NCBI GenBank assembly: GCA_037481815.1 | Contig: JBBFKX010000001.1 | Span: 704,001-768,000, forward strand | DNA length: 64,000 nucleotides | From: a candidate division WOR-3 bacterium | GTDB taxonomy: Bacteria > Hydrothermota > 32-111 | Direction: 5' to 3' | Part shown: positions 1-9,786 of the stretch, piece after piece | How positions within the stretch are numbered: position 1 is the stretch's first letter | How the letters are laid out: each line of letters starts with the position of its first letter | The notes under the pieces: generated by a model | Database searches by the model: none | Seen by the model: only the letters and a program-made list of their open reading frames with translations | Told to the model about the DNA's origin: nothing | Translations under genes and position numbers: made by a program

Positions 1-232
1 AAAATTTTTCCATAAAGATAGTTACAAGGATATTACAAAAATTGTTTGATATCAGAATCGTATAAAGATAGTTTTGTGGTTTATTGAGAAAATTTAGGAG
101 TTTCAAATAAGTTTTGTTCTTTTTTGATTTTATTTTTAAAAATATCTTATTCGATGAAACGAAAGACATTTCACTCGCTGAAAGTGAAAAGGAAAACATC
201 AGGAAAATAAAAGCAAAAAAGAGATTATACAT
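1..232 (-). CDS. CNNM/DUF21 membrane protein, 5' part only (runs off window start)
   Basis: Not in ORF track. Manual translation from ATG at 232: MYNLFFAFIFLMFSFSLSASEMSFVSSNK...YLYTILISNNFCNILV, matching the DUF21 SxxExxFxS and TILxxNN patterns. Confidence 0.75.
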   Translation of the reverse strand, partial: MYNLFFAFIFLMFSFSLSASEMSFVSSNKIFLKIKSKKNKTYLKLLNFLNKPQNYLYTILISNNFCNILVTIFMEKF

Positions 233-1142
233 TTGTTATCTTTAAACCTTTCAAAATTTTGTATACTATGTCGTCGAGTGTAACTATTGAGAGAAAGATA
301 TCATCTTTAAATATAAAAACTATATGGATCTTTTTATCTATCATGATGTTCAAGATTTCATGTAATTTTTGATCATATTCAACACTTTCAAAACCTTTTA
401 TGTATAGATCAATAACTTCTCTTTCATCTTTAAAAAGGAGATCTTTGATATATAAAACTCCAACAGGATTTTCCTTCTCGAAAACAGGTATCCTTGAAAA
501 TTTTTTTTCTTTATATAATGAAAGTGCATCCCTTACAAGAGAACCTTTTTCCATTTTAACAATTTTTTCTTTCTGTGGAGCAAATTCGTAAATATTTTTA
601 TCCTTCAACTCATAATAACTCTTTAAAAACATGTATTCGTTTTCTATATTTTCTTTATGTTCTTCAAGAAAATAATATATCGACTCAAAATCTGTTTCAA
701 TTTTTTTTATCTTTATCTTCTTCTCTTTAACAAAAATCCCAAAAATGTATTGAAAAACTTTGAAAGCAGGAAAAAAGAACAAAAAACTTTTTAAAAACAT
801 ACTTTTTCTGTATATGGACAAAGTTTTTGGCAAAATCTCACAGAAAAAAAGGATATAAAATAGCAGAAAAAGAATTTCAAACACTTTGTAATCTATTTTT
901 ATTTCCAGTTTACTGATGATTTTGTTAAACAGTATAACTATACCAACATTGAAAAATGTATTCAATGAAATAAGAAAAAATAAAAGCGTATTTTTTTCTT
1001 CTGAAAGTTTTTCCAAAAAACTTATTTTTTTTGAAAATTTTTTCAGTTCAAAAGTTGATAAGGAAAAGAAAGATGTTTCTATCCCAGAAATTAAAAAAGA
1101 TGAAAGTGAGAAAAACAAAAAAAGTAATATATCAAACATCAA
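225..1142 (-). CDS. CNNM (DUF21)-CBS domain protein, CorC/HlyC-like
   Basis: SGIETSFFSL, FCEILPKT, and a CBS pair (FSRIPVF, IVTLDDI). Confidence 0.85.
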   Translation of the reverse strand: MMFDILLFLFFSLSSFLISGIETSFFSLSTFELKKFSKKISFLEKLSEEKNTLLFFLISLNTFFNVGIVILFNKIISKLEIKIDYKVFEILFLLFYILFFCEILPKTLSIYRKSMFLKSFLFFFPAFKVFQYIFGIFVKEKKIKIKKIETDFESIYYFLEEHKENIENEYMFLKSYYELKDKNIYEFAPQKEKIVKMEKGSLVRDALSLYKEKKFSRIPVFEKENPVGVLYIKDLLFKDEREVIDLYIKGFESVEYDQKLHEILNIMIDKKIHIVFIFKDDIFLSIVTLDDIVYKILKGLKITNV

Positions 1143-1561
1143 ACTATAAGTGAAAGATACTTTTCTTCAAGTTCAATAAACTTTTTGAAATCATTTTCCC
1201 TTTTGTGATCATAACCAACAAGATGTAAAACTCCATGCACCATTCTTCTTAAAATATCTTTTTCGGTATCAGGTTTAATCTGCTGAACACAGATATAAAC
1301 ATCTCCCAGCATATTGTATGAATACTTTGTAAATTTTCCTTCTACAAGGGAAAACGATATTACATCTGTTGGTTTATCGATCCTTCTATATTTTTTATTC
1401 ATCATCCTGATCTCATGTTCATCAACGAAAATGAAATTCACAACAAAACCGGTAAGGCCATTTAGAAGCAAAACATCCTCTATCCAGAGTTTTAATTCTT
1501 TAACACTTTTTTTAACTTTTCTTGGTTTCTTATAAATGTTGATTTTATTTTTTTGCAACAT
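1139..1561 (-). CDS. ybeY: rRNA maturation endoribonuclease YbeY
   Basis: PTDVISF and HGVLHLVGYDH zinc motif; conserved phoH/HD neighbourhood. Confidence 0.95.
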   Translation of the reverse strand: MLQKNKINIYKKPRKVKKSVKELKLWIEDVLLLNGLTGFVVNFIFVDEHEIRMMNKKYRRIDKPTDVISFSLVEGKFTKYSYNMLGDVYICVQQIKPDTEKDILRRMVHGVLHLVGYDHKRENDFKKFIELEEKYLSLIV

Positions 1562-3680
1562 AATCTATCCTTGGATGGTATATACCTTTAAAAAACTCGA
1601 ATGAAACCTCTTTTATCTTTTCGATATCTTTAAGTGTGATCTCAGATTCTATAAATTGATTCTCCTCGATCCTGTTATTTATAATCTTTTCGATGATTTC
1701 CTTTAAAATTTCATCATCGGTAATACTAATACTTCTTACAGCGGCTTCGATCGAATCGGAAAGCATCACTATCGTCTCCTCTTTACTTGAAGGTAAAGGC
1801 CCGGGATACCTGAACTGTTCTGGATTAAAGTTTTTCTTGGATTCTTTAGCTTTTTCGTAAAAGTATCCAACTGTTGTAGTGCCATGATGTGTTATAATAA
1901 ATCTGCGTATCGTTTCAGGGAGTTTATACTTTTGGGCGAGTTTTAAACCGTTCTGAACATGTTCGATTATTATTTCAGCAGAGATCTCATAGGGAAGATT
2001 CTCATGAGGATTTACACCTTTAAACTGGTTCTCTATAAAATATTCTGGTTTTTGCATCTTTCCAATATCGTGATAGTATGAACCTACACGAACAAGTAAC
2101 ACATCAGCATCTATCTCCTGTGCGATCTTTTCAGCAAGTCGACTAACTATTATGCTATGATTATACGTACCTGATGTTTTTTCTGAAAGTTCTTTTAAAA
2201 GTTCGTTGTTTAGATCCGATAGTTCAAAAAGTGTTACATTCGTTAACCTCTGCAAAAGGTTTTCGATATATTTTATTGAAAACATCATCAAAACAAAAGA
2301 TAAAACCGGATTAATAAAACTGTAGACCATCGATATAAAAATGTTTGACATCGATGATTCTCGATAGAGTTCTATGAAAAACGCAAGGGAAAGATTTATC
2401 ACTGAAATTTTAAAAACTATACCAAAAAAGTTCTTCTTCAAATTTTCATCTTTTATAAAGAATATCGAATATATCGATGAGATCAAAACAGCAAGTAGTC
2501 CATACAACCTCATTCCAGAATACAGAATCAGGGACGTTAGAATGAATAATAGTGTTATCAACGAAAAAGTTTTACTGTAAAGGAGTGAAAGAAGAATTGA
2601 AGTCAAAATAAGTGGAACTATATACTCAATGTTTGGGAATTCATAGAGAAAACCATAAACTCCAAGATTTATCAAATAAAGAGAAGAGACAAAAAGTTTA
2701 TCCCTCTTTTTTAAGTATAACTTTGAAAATTGTGTGTTTATGAAAACAAGATAGAGTATGAACGAAATTATAAGTATTAAATTTTTATATAAGGTGTTTA
2801 GAATTTTTTGCTTTAAATTTTCTTCACCTTTTAGAAATCTGTTGAGTGAATAAATTTTATCTTCAACCGTTTGATCTACAACCTGGTTGGCTTTCACAAT
2901 CACTTCGCCTTTTAAAACTATACCAACTTTTTCGGAAACTTCATTTTTTGCTTTTTCTCTTCTGAATGATGTTTCATCTCTATCAAAAAGAATGTTAGGT
3001 TTTAGAAGATATTGGAACATCTCCAGACCATATTTTAGAAGGTATGAATTACCTGAATATTTTTTTATTATCTCTTTTTTCAGATACTCGTTTGCCTGGG
3101 CAAGATCAAATATTTCATTCTCATATTTTAATGTTTCCCTGTTTGATCTTTTCAAAGAAATTTTTCTATCTTTACCAAACGGTATTACACTTTTATCACC
3201 TATAACTCCAATTTCAAGTACCTTTTTCAAAGAACTTTCAACGAAATTTAAAACATTCTTCGATTGATCAGAGATAAGTATATTTATAAGATCATCAGAA
3301 AGATTTTTTATACTATCTTTTAAAACTTTTCTTTTTATATCATTTTTCCATATATTCTTATTCAAGGAATCGACAAAATTTTTTAAAGAATTAAAGTTGT
3401 TTAAAATTTCAAGGTTTCTATTTTCATCGTAAACAAGAACCGGTGGAGTGTTATCGTACGCTCTCTCTTTCTCTTTTATTAATATATCCTTATTTTTTAT
3501 AATATCAAAAGTAAAGGGAGCAACTATATCCTTAGGTGAAATATCTCCCTTTTTCAACTGTGGAATCTTTGAAAAGGTTGATGGATAAAAAATATTGAAA
3601 AAGATAACGAGAATAAGGATAAGAATTATATCAAAATAGAATTTTTTCAAATTATTTTTTATTGTATGAAGAATATGCAT
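1545..3680 (-). CDS. 7TM-HD (HDIG) phosphohydrolase, PgpH-like cyclic dinucleotide phosphodiesterase
   Basis: Large extracytoplasmic domain, about 7 TM helices, [23 protein letters not shown] motifs. Confidence 0.9.
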   Translation of the reverse strand: MHILHTIKNNLKKFYFDIILILILVIFFNIFYPSTFSKIPQLKKGDISPKDIVAPFTFDIIKNKDILIKEKERAYDNTPPVLVYDENRNLEILNNFNSLKNFVDSLNKNIWKNDIKRKVLKDSIKNLSDDLINILISDQSKNVLNFVESSLKKVLEIGVIGDKSVIPFGKDRKISLKRSNRETLKYENEIFDLAQANEYLKKEIIKKYSGNSYLLKYGLEMFQYLLKPNILFDRDETSFRREKAKNEVSEKVGIVLKGEVIVKANQVVDQTVEDKIYSLNRFLKGEENLKQKILNTLYKNLILIISFILYLVFINTQFSKLYLKKRDKLFVSSLYLINLGVYGFLYEFPNIEYIVPLILTSILLSLLYSKTFSLITLLFILTSLILYSGMRLYGLLAVLISSIYSIFFIKDENLKKNFFGIVFKISVINLSLAFFIELYRESSMSNIFISMVYSFINPVLSFVLMMFSIKYIENLLQRLTNVTLFELSDLNNELLKELSEKTSGTYNHSIIVSRLAEKIAQEIDADVLLVRVGSYYHDIGKMQKPEYFIENQFKGVNPHENLPYEISAEIIIEHVQNGLKLAQKYKLPETIRRFIITHHGTTTVGYFYEKAKESKKNFNPEQFRYPGPLPSSKEETIVMLSDSIEAAVRSISITDDEILKEIIEKIINNRIEENQFIESEITLKDIEKIKEVSFEFFKGIYHPRIDYVAKK

Positions 3681-4572
3681 CGATTATATCCTTTACAAGT
3701 GGATGTCTTACAACATCTTCAGATGTAAGATGAACGAATGAAATCTCCTTAATATCTTTAACTATATCCTGTAATTCGACAAGACCTGATGACGATCTTA
3801 TCGACAGATCTATCTGTGTTATATCACCTGTTATTATAGCTTTTGACCTTACTCCCAACCTTGTTAAAAACATTTTCATCTGCATCGATGTTGTATTCTG
3901 TGCTTCATCAAGAAGTAGATAAGAATTTGAAAGAGTCCTTCCCCTCATGTATGCAAGCGGAGCGATCTCAACTATCCCATCCCTAATCATCCTATCGATT
4001 CGATCCTTATCAGCAAGATCATATAAAGCATCGTAGAGAGGTCTTAGATATGGATCAATTTTTTCCTTCAAATCACCTGGCAAAAATCCAAGATTTTCTC
4101 CCGCTTCAACAGCAGGTCTTGTTAAAATTATTTTTGAAACATTTTTTTTCAAAAGTTCATTCAACGCTTTTGCTACTGCAAGAAAAGTTTTTCCAGTGCC
4201 CGCTGGTCCAATTGCAACAACTATATCGTATCTATTTAAAGATTCTATATACTTTTCCTGCCCTTTTGTCCTTGCTTTTATAATCTTTTTTGGTAAATAA
4301 TAAATATTTTGATCTTTTCCAAAAGAAAGATCGTTTATACTCTTTGAAATTGAACTTACAACATCTGTTCTTTCAAGATACCCTTTGTCATTTTCAATTT
4401 CAATAAGTTTTGAAACAATATTTTTCAACTTTAAAAAGTTATCTTCACTTCCCTCAAAAAAGTAATTCCCCTCTGTAAAGATTATATTACCCTTCAAATT
4501 TGAATCTATAAGATCTTTGTAATTAGGGTACCTGTTGAAAAATAATCTAATTTTTTCTTCTATTTGAAACAT
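3652..4572 (-). CDS. phoH: PhoH-family ATPase
   Basis: [43 protein letters not shown]; start codon uncertain. Confidence 0.95.
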   Translation of the reverse strand: MFQIEEKIRLFFNRYPNYKDLIDSNLKGNIIFTEGNYFFEGSEDNFLKLKNIVSKLIEIENDKGYLERTDVVSSISKSINDLSFGKDQNIYYLPKKIIKARTKGQEKYIESLNRYDIVVAIGPAGTGKTFLAVAKALNELLKKNVSKIILTRPAVEAGENLGFLPGDLKEKIDPYLRPLYDALYDLADKDRIDRMIRDGIVEIAPLAYMRGRTLSNSYLLLDEAQNTTSMQMKMFLTRLGVRSKAIITGDITQIDLSIRSSSGLVELQDIVKDIKEISFVHLTSEDVVRHPLVKDIIDAYSSYNKK

Positions 4573-4579
4573 AACATTT

Positions 4580-4605
4580 GATGGGCTGTTTTTAAACAGC
4601 CCATC
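4580..4605 (-). terminator. Hairpin after the LysM gene (terminator or stabilising stem)
   Basis: Perfect inverted repeat GATGGGCTGTTT-tt-AAACAGCCCATC; no clear U-tail. Confidence 0.6.
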
Positions 4606-4617
4606 TGAAATTTAAAC

Positions 4618-5034
4618 TTATGGTCTTGGAATCGTTAACTTCCAGTTTGGATATATGAGATTTGGATCCTTTATCAATCTTTTGTTTGCTCTGTAGATTT
4701 CAGGCCATCTCTTCCATCCACCCTTTCCATAAACTTCTTTATATTCGGCAAGTTTAGAAAGCCAATCACCAGGTTTTACAATATAGAATCCTCTTGTTTC
4801 TTTGAGATTGTTCAGTTCTGCTATAAGATTCTCTTTTTCTTTTCTCAAGTTCTCAACCTCTGTCATCAGTGGAGAATGAGTATTTTTGCACTCTTCAATC
4901 TTTGCGTTTGCTGCATCAAGTCTTGCCTGTTCTTTTGCTATAGCATCAAGAACATCTTTTTCAGTCATCGTCTGAGCAAAGATAACCGTTGAGAGGATCA
5001 CCAATAAAACGACAATAAAAAGTTTACTTTTCAT
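4618..5034 (-). CDS. Secreted coiled-coil + LysM peptidoglycan-binding protein
   Basis: Signal peptide, heptad region, C-terminal LysM YIVKPGDWLSKLA...WPEIYRAN...PNLIYPNWKLTIP. Confidence 0.9.
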   Translation of the reverse strand: MKSKLFIVVLLVILSTVIFAQTMTEKDVLDAIAKEQARLDAANAKIEECKNTHSPLMTEVENLRKEKENLIAELNNLKETRGFYIVKPGDWLSKLAEYKEVYGKGGWKRWPEIYRANKRLIKDPNLIYPNWKLTIPRP

Positions 5035-5046
5035 CTTTCACCTCTC

Positions 5047-5292
5047 TTATTTATAAATTTGTATTTCTTTCTTCAACTCTTCGATCTCTTTCAGAAGAGT
5101 TTCTTTTTCTTTTAGTAACTCTTCAACCTTTTTCTGACAATCAGCATACTGTGCTTCTGCCTGATCTGCTGCCATCTTCAATTCTTCAAGTTGAGAAAGT
5201 TGTGCCTGAGTGGCTTTCTTTGGACCACATCCAGTTATAAATAAAGAAAGGAGAAGAAGTGATAGTACCAATACAATTAAAATTTTCTTCAT
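5047..5292 (-). CDS. Small coiled-coil lipoprotein
   Basis: Lipobox ITG-C, AAAGGAGG SD, heptad-rich mature region ending in Lys. Confidence 0.8.
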   Translation of the reverse strand: MKKILIVLVLSLLLLSLFITGCGPKKATQAQLSQLEELKMAADQAEAQYADCQKKVEELLKEKETLLKEIEELKKEIQIYK

Positions 5293-5346
5293 TTAAAACC
5301 TCCTTTGATAACATTTTACCATTTTTTATCTATATGTCAATATACA

Positions 5347-6151
<805 letters not shown>

Positions 6152-6159
<8 letters not shown>

Positions 6160-6334
6160 TCAGAATAAAATTCATCCCTGTTGAATATGGTGAAACGGAA
6201 ACCGTTTTCACATTGCTACCATTACTGTATGTATAACAGCAACACTGGGAAATGTTGAATGTGAATGTGAATGATGCGAATACAAAAACTGAAACAAGAA
6301 TCAAAACTAAAACGATAAAAAGATTGAGTTTCAT
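6152..6334 (-). CDS. Small secreted peptide (60 aa) with CCC motif
   Basis: AAAGGAGG SD, signal peptide ending VFA, overlaps the start of the next gene by 8 nt. Confidence 0.7.
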
Positions 6335-6366
6335 TAAAACCTCCTTTTATTTATAAGTTTATAAAA

Positions 6367-6999
6367 TTATTTCAAAAAATCAATAGTTTTTATCCTGTAA
6401 TTTTTTATATTTTCCACAATTCCTTTCAATTTATCATAAGTTGTTATCTCGACTGGGAAAAAATTGTCATCGTATCTGTAAAAGGTTGACATGATTGTAT
6501 CTGTTCCTTTTATGAAAAATATTGAATCGTATAGAAAATTTTTATCAAAAAAAATTTTAACATTATCCACTTTACCATTTTTCAAAGAAAAATCAAAGCA
6601 GTTATTTTTCAATGTATACTTTGTGTTCTTAAGTTTTGTTATTGGGTTCAAGGTTGTTATTATTTCAAGATCTTCAAGAAGCGAATTATTTTTTTCATAT
6701 ATTTTTCTCCCATCCTTTTCCTCAAAAACACCTTTTCCGTTGTAACCTATGACAAACGACTTGTTTTTATCAACAAGAAAAAGTTTTGTTGAATCTTCTG
6801 TTAATATAACTTTACCATTTATGTTGCCAATGATTTCTCCGGAAAATAGTTTCAAATTTTTTATGAAAAAAAATTCATAATTATAAAAACTGTTTTTGTT
6901 TATTATTGAGTCAATATAAGAATCGTCTGCTGTTAGAAAAAGGGAGGACACAAGAAAAAAAAAGCCGGTTAAAACCGGCTTTATTTTATTCCTCAACAA
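6367..6999 (-). CDS. Secreted hypothetical protein, possibly LolA-like fold
   Basis: Signal-like N-terminus; beta-strand patterns VKIFFDKN...FPVEITT resemble the neighbouring LolA-like protein; TTG start uncertain (6999 or 6996). Confidence 0.55.
   Translation of the reverse strand: MLRNKIKPVLTGFFFLVSSLFLTADDSYIDSIINKNSFYNYEFFFIKNLKLFSGEIIGNINGKVILTEDSTKLFLVDKNKSFVIGYNGKGVFEEKDGRKIYEKNNSLLEDLEIITTLNPITKLKNTKYTLKNNCFDFSLKNGKVDNVKIFFDKNFLYDSIFFIKGTDTIMSTFYRYDDNFFPVEITTYDKLKGIVENIKNYRIKTIDFLK
6955..6982 (-). terminator. Intrinsic terminator of the ferredoxin gene
   Basis: AAAGCCGGTT-aa-AACCGGCTTT stem with a T9 run on the minus strand, just after the ferredoxin stop. Confidence 0.75.
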
Positions 7000-7168
7000 T
7001 AGCCTCTGTTGGACAATTATCTATTGCCTCATCAAGGTCGCAGGAGTCAAAATCAGCATCATCTTTAACCTGTGCTTTTGAATCATCGTTAAGTTCAAAA
7101 ACATCTGGACAGGTATTGATACAAACACCACAACCTATACATTTTTCCTGATCAACTTTCACTTTCAT
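6986..7168 (-). CDS. Monocluster [4Fe-4S] ferredoxin
   Basis: CIGCGVC...CP...CPTEAI, acidic 60 aa, AAGGAG SD. Confidence 0.95.
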   Translation of the reverse strand: MKVKVDQEKCIGCGVCINTCPDVFELNDDSKAQVKDDADFDSCDLDEAIDNCPTEAIVEE

Positions 7169-7243
7169 CCTAAACTCCTTTTTTAGTGTTTTTTTTAATA
7201 TAATAGAATAAAAAAATAAGTCAATACCATTTTCAAAAATCTC

Positions 7244-7271
7244 TTGACAAATTTTTTCTCGACAATATAAT
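7244..7271 (+). promoter_or_regulatory. Sigma70-type promoter of tRNA-fMet
   Basis: TTGACA-16 nt-TATAAT. Confidence 0.8.
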
Positions 7272-7284
7272 TAACATTTAAAAT

Positions 7285-7359
<75 letters not shown>

Positions 7360-7360
7360 A

Positions 7361-8131
7361 TCATTTATATTCAAAAGTTTGAAATTTCACAGGCCTCAAT
7401 ATTCTGTTAAATCTTATAAATTTCCAGATTTTCCAGACAGGTTGTGTTTTATCTATAGAAAAATAGTAAAGGAATGGTGTTCCAACAATATACTTTCTAT
7501 GTAAGGGTCCCCAGAACCTTGAATCATCAGAATTATCACGGTTATCTCCTAACATAAAGTAATGATCTGGAGGCACAACAACAGGACCAAAATTGTCTCT
7601 TGGGAGAATTGAAAAATATCTGTTCATATAAAACTCACCTTTTTCCCATAACTTTTGATACTCTGTGGGAGAAAGATAACCTTTATAAAAATCGTTTATA
7701 TGTGGATAAACCATAGAATCTATATGTTGAACGAATGGTTCGTTGTAAGTTTTTCCATTGATATACAAAATTTTATTTCTTATCTCTATCGTATCCCCTG
7801 GAAGTCCAACACATCTTTTTACAAAAGGTCTTCCATCGTAAGGGAATTTGAAAACTACTATATCACCTCTCTTGGGATTTCTATACCTAATTATCTCCTC
7901 AGAAGTTATTGGAACATTCGTTGAATATTTCAATCTGTTAACAAAAAGGAAGTCGTTTATTTGAAGTGTGTTCAACATTGAACCTGAAAACACCATGTAC
8001 GACTGGATAAAAAACGATTTCAAAAGAAATGTTGCAACAACAGCAAAAAGTATCGCATCTATCCAATCAATGATTTTTTCCTCTTTTGTTTTGACTCTTT
8101 TCTCTTTCTTATCTCTTTTAAAAAAATTCAT
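7361..8131 (-). CDS. lepB: Signal peptidase I
   Basis: SGSMLNTL (catalytic Ser), FVKRCVGLPGD (catalytic Lys), GDNRDNSDDSR. Confidence 0.95.
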   Translation of the reverse strand: MNFFKRDKKEKRVKTKEEKIIDWIDAILFAVVATFLLKSFFIQSYMVFSGSMLNTLQINDFLFVNRLKYSTNVPITSEEIIRYRNPKRGDIVVFKFPYDGRPFVKRCVGLPGDTIEIRNKILYINGKTYNEPFVQHIDSMVYPHINDFYKGYLSPTEYQKLWEKGEFYMNRYFSILPRDNFGPVVVPPDHYFMLGDNRDNSDDSRFWGPLHRKYIVGTPFLYYFSIDKTQPVWKIWKFIRFNRILRPVKFQTFEYK

Positions 8132-8137
8132 AGCAAA

Positions 8138-8165
8138 AGTATAACCGACAAAAAATATAAGTCAA
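8138..8165 (-). promoter_or_regulatory. Sigma70-type promoter, probably leaderless lepB
   Basis: TTGACT-16-TATACT-6 nt-ATG, no SD. Confidence 0.7.
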
Positions 8166-8167
8166 TA

Positions 8168-9508
8168 TCACTTGAGTTCTGAAACTATTTCTGAAAGTGT
8201 TGGATGTATAAAAACTGTTTCTTTTAAAATCTTGTAATCAAGATTATTTTGAACAAACGGTAAAAGTTGATGGATTATAACATCACTATCTTTTCCAACA
8301 ATGTCAACACCTAAAATTTTATCATCTTTTGAAAGATAAACTCTTAATTCACCTGTTCTTGATTCGTATGCAGCAGCTCTTCCATTTTCCGCATAACTCG
8401 ATTTTAGAACATTATACTCTATTCCCTCACACTTCAATTGATCTTCGCTTTTACCAGAATGTGAAATCGGCGGAACCGTAAAAACAGAGTATGGGATAAA
8501 ACAATAATCGATTCTTTCACTTTTGATACCACAAATATTTTTTGCTGCTATCAAACCATCATAATAACCTTTGTGAGCAAGCATTGGTCCTTCTGTCACA
8601 TCACCTGTTGCATATATGTTTTCAGCATCAGTTTTCTTGTATCTATCAGTTATTATAAAACCTTTTGTATCGGTTTTAATATCATAATTTTCAATCTCAA
8701 CACCAACAACTGGCTTTCTTCCGATAGCGACAATGAGTTTATCAAAATTTAAACTCTCTCCTGAAGAAAGAATTACCTTTTTATTTTCTTTATCAACTGA
8801 AACAACTTTACTTGACCCTAAAAATTTTATTCCAGTTTTCTGCAAAATTTTTTTTGAACTATCTTTAATAAAACTATTCTCCGTTGAGGGAAGCGGTGTA
8901 TCAAACATTTCAACAACTGAAACTTCACTTCCAAAAAAAGAAAAATATGTTGCAAACTCACAACCTATAACACCACCACCTATTATAACAAGTTTTTTGG
9001 GAATCTCTTTTAAAGAGAGAGCATCCCTTGAATTCAAAATAGTTTCACCATCAAAATCAACAAATGGTAAAGAAATATCTTTACTTCCTGTTGCTATTAT
9101 CAGATCATCAAACTCAAACTTTTCACCATTTTCAGTTTCAACAATATTGTTATCTTTCAGATGTGCTGTAGAAAAAACTATATCTATCCCAAGGTTTAAA
9201 AGTTTTTTATAAAGACCTGTTTGAAGAATTTTTACAATCCTCTCTTTTCTCTCAAATATTTTTGAAAAATCAAATGAAAATGAGGTCTTTATACCAAACT
9301 TTTCTGACACATTTAAACTTTCTATCATCTCTGCTGTTGAGATAAAAGTTTTTGTTGGAATACATCCATAGTTAAGACACACTCCACCAATTTTATCCTT
9401 TTCTATTATCAAAACACTTTTTGAACTATCAAACTCTTTTATTCTTTCAGCAGCATAATAACCACCAGAACCACCACCTACGATAATAACATTATATTTT
9501 TTCATCAT
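8168..9508 (-). CDS. lpdA: Dihydrolipoamide dehydrogenase
   Basis: GGVCLNYGCIPTK redox disulfide, two Rossmann GxG motifs, MLAHKG, HPTLSE. Confidence 0.85.
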   Translation of the reverse strand: MMKKYNVIIVGGGSGGYYAAERIKEFDSSKSVLIIEKDKIGGVCLNYGCIPTKTFISTAEMIESLNVSEKFGIKTSFSFDFSKIFERKERIVKILQTGLYKKLLNLGIDIVFSTAHLKDNNIVETENGEKFEFDDLIIATGSKDISLPFVDFDGETILNSRDALSLKEIPKKLVIIGGGVIGCEFATYFSFFGSEVSVVEMFDTPLPSTENSFIKDSSKKILQKTGIKFLGSSKVVSVDKENKKVILSSGESLNFDKLIVAIGRKPVVGVEIENYDIKTDTKGFIITDRYKKTDAENIYATGDVTEGPMLAHKGYYDGLIAAKNICGIKSERIDYCFIPYSVFTVPPISHSGKSEDQLKCEGIEYNVLKSSYAENGRAAAYESRTGELRVYLSKDDKILGVDIVGKDSDVIIHQLLPFVQNNLDYKILKETVFIHPTLSEIVSELK

Positions 9509-9629
9509 CTTGCTCCTTCTTTGCTCTCTTAATGATAATAATTTTTCTTAAGTGTGTCAACACTAAAAGTGAAATTTTTGCACTTAAAGTAAAACTGTTT
9601 CCGCTTCTTTTTATTTATAAATTATAATT

Positions 9630-9642
9630 AATCAATAATTTA
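9630..9642 (+). promoter_or_regulatory. IHF-like binding site
   Basis: AATCAA-TAAT-TTA matches WATCAANNNNTTR, about 90 bp upstream of a sigma54 motif; AT-rich background weakens it. Confidence 0.45.
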
Positions 9643-9730
9643 TACCTATAACGAAGATAAATTGTGCAATTTTTTTCGCGACTATATTCCTTAATGTATA
9701 TTAACTATTGAAAATATAATGGTTTAATTG

Positions 9731-9746
9731 TGGTATATTTTTTGCT
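9731..9746 (+). promoter_or_regulatory. Sigma54 (-24/-12) promoter
   Basis: TGGTATA-TTTT-TTGCT fits TGGYAYR-N4-TTGCW with exact GG-N10-GC spacing, 40 bp before the M6 protease start. Confidence 0.65.
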
Positions 9747-9786
9747 TTTACATCTCTCAAATTTTGAGAAAATGATAGGAGGTTAA

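Noticed and set aside
9662..9681. Rex-like operator TTGTGCAATTTTTTTCGCGA
   Set aside because: Spacing and right arm do not fit TTGTGAA-N4-TTCACAA.
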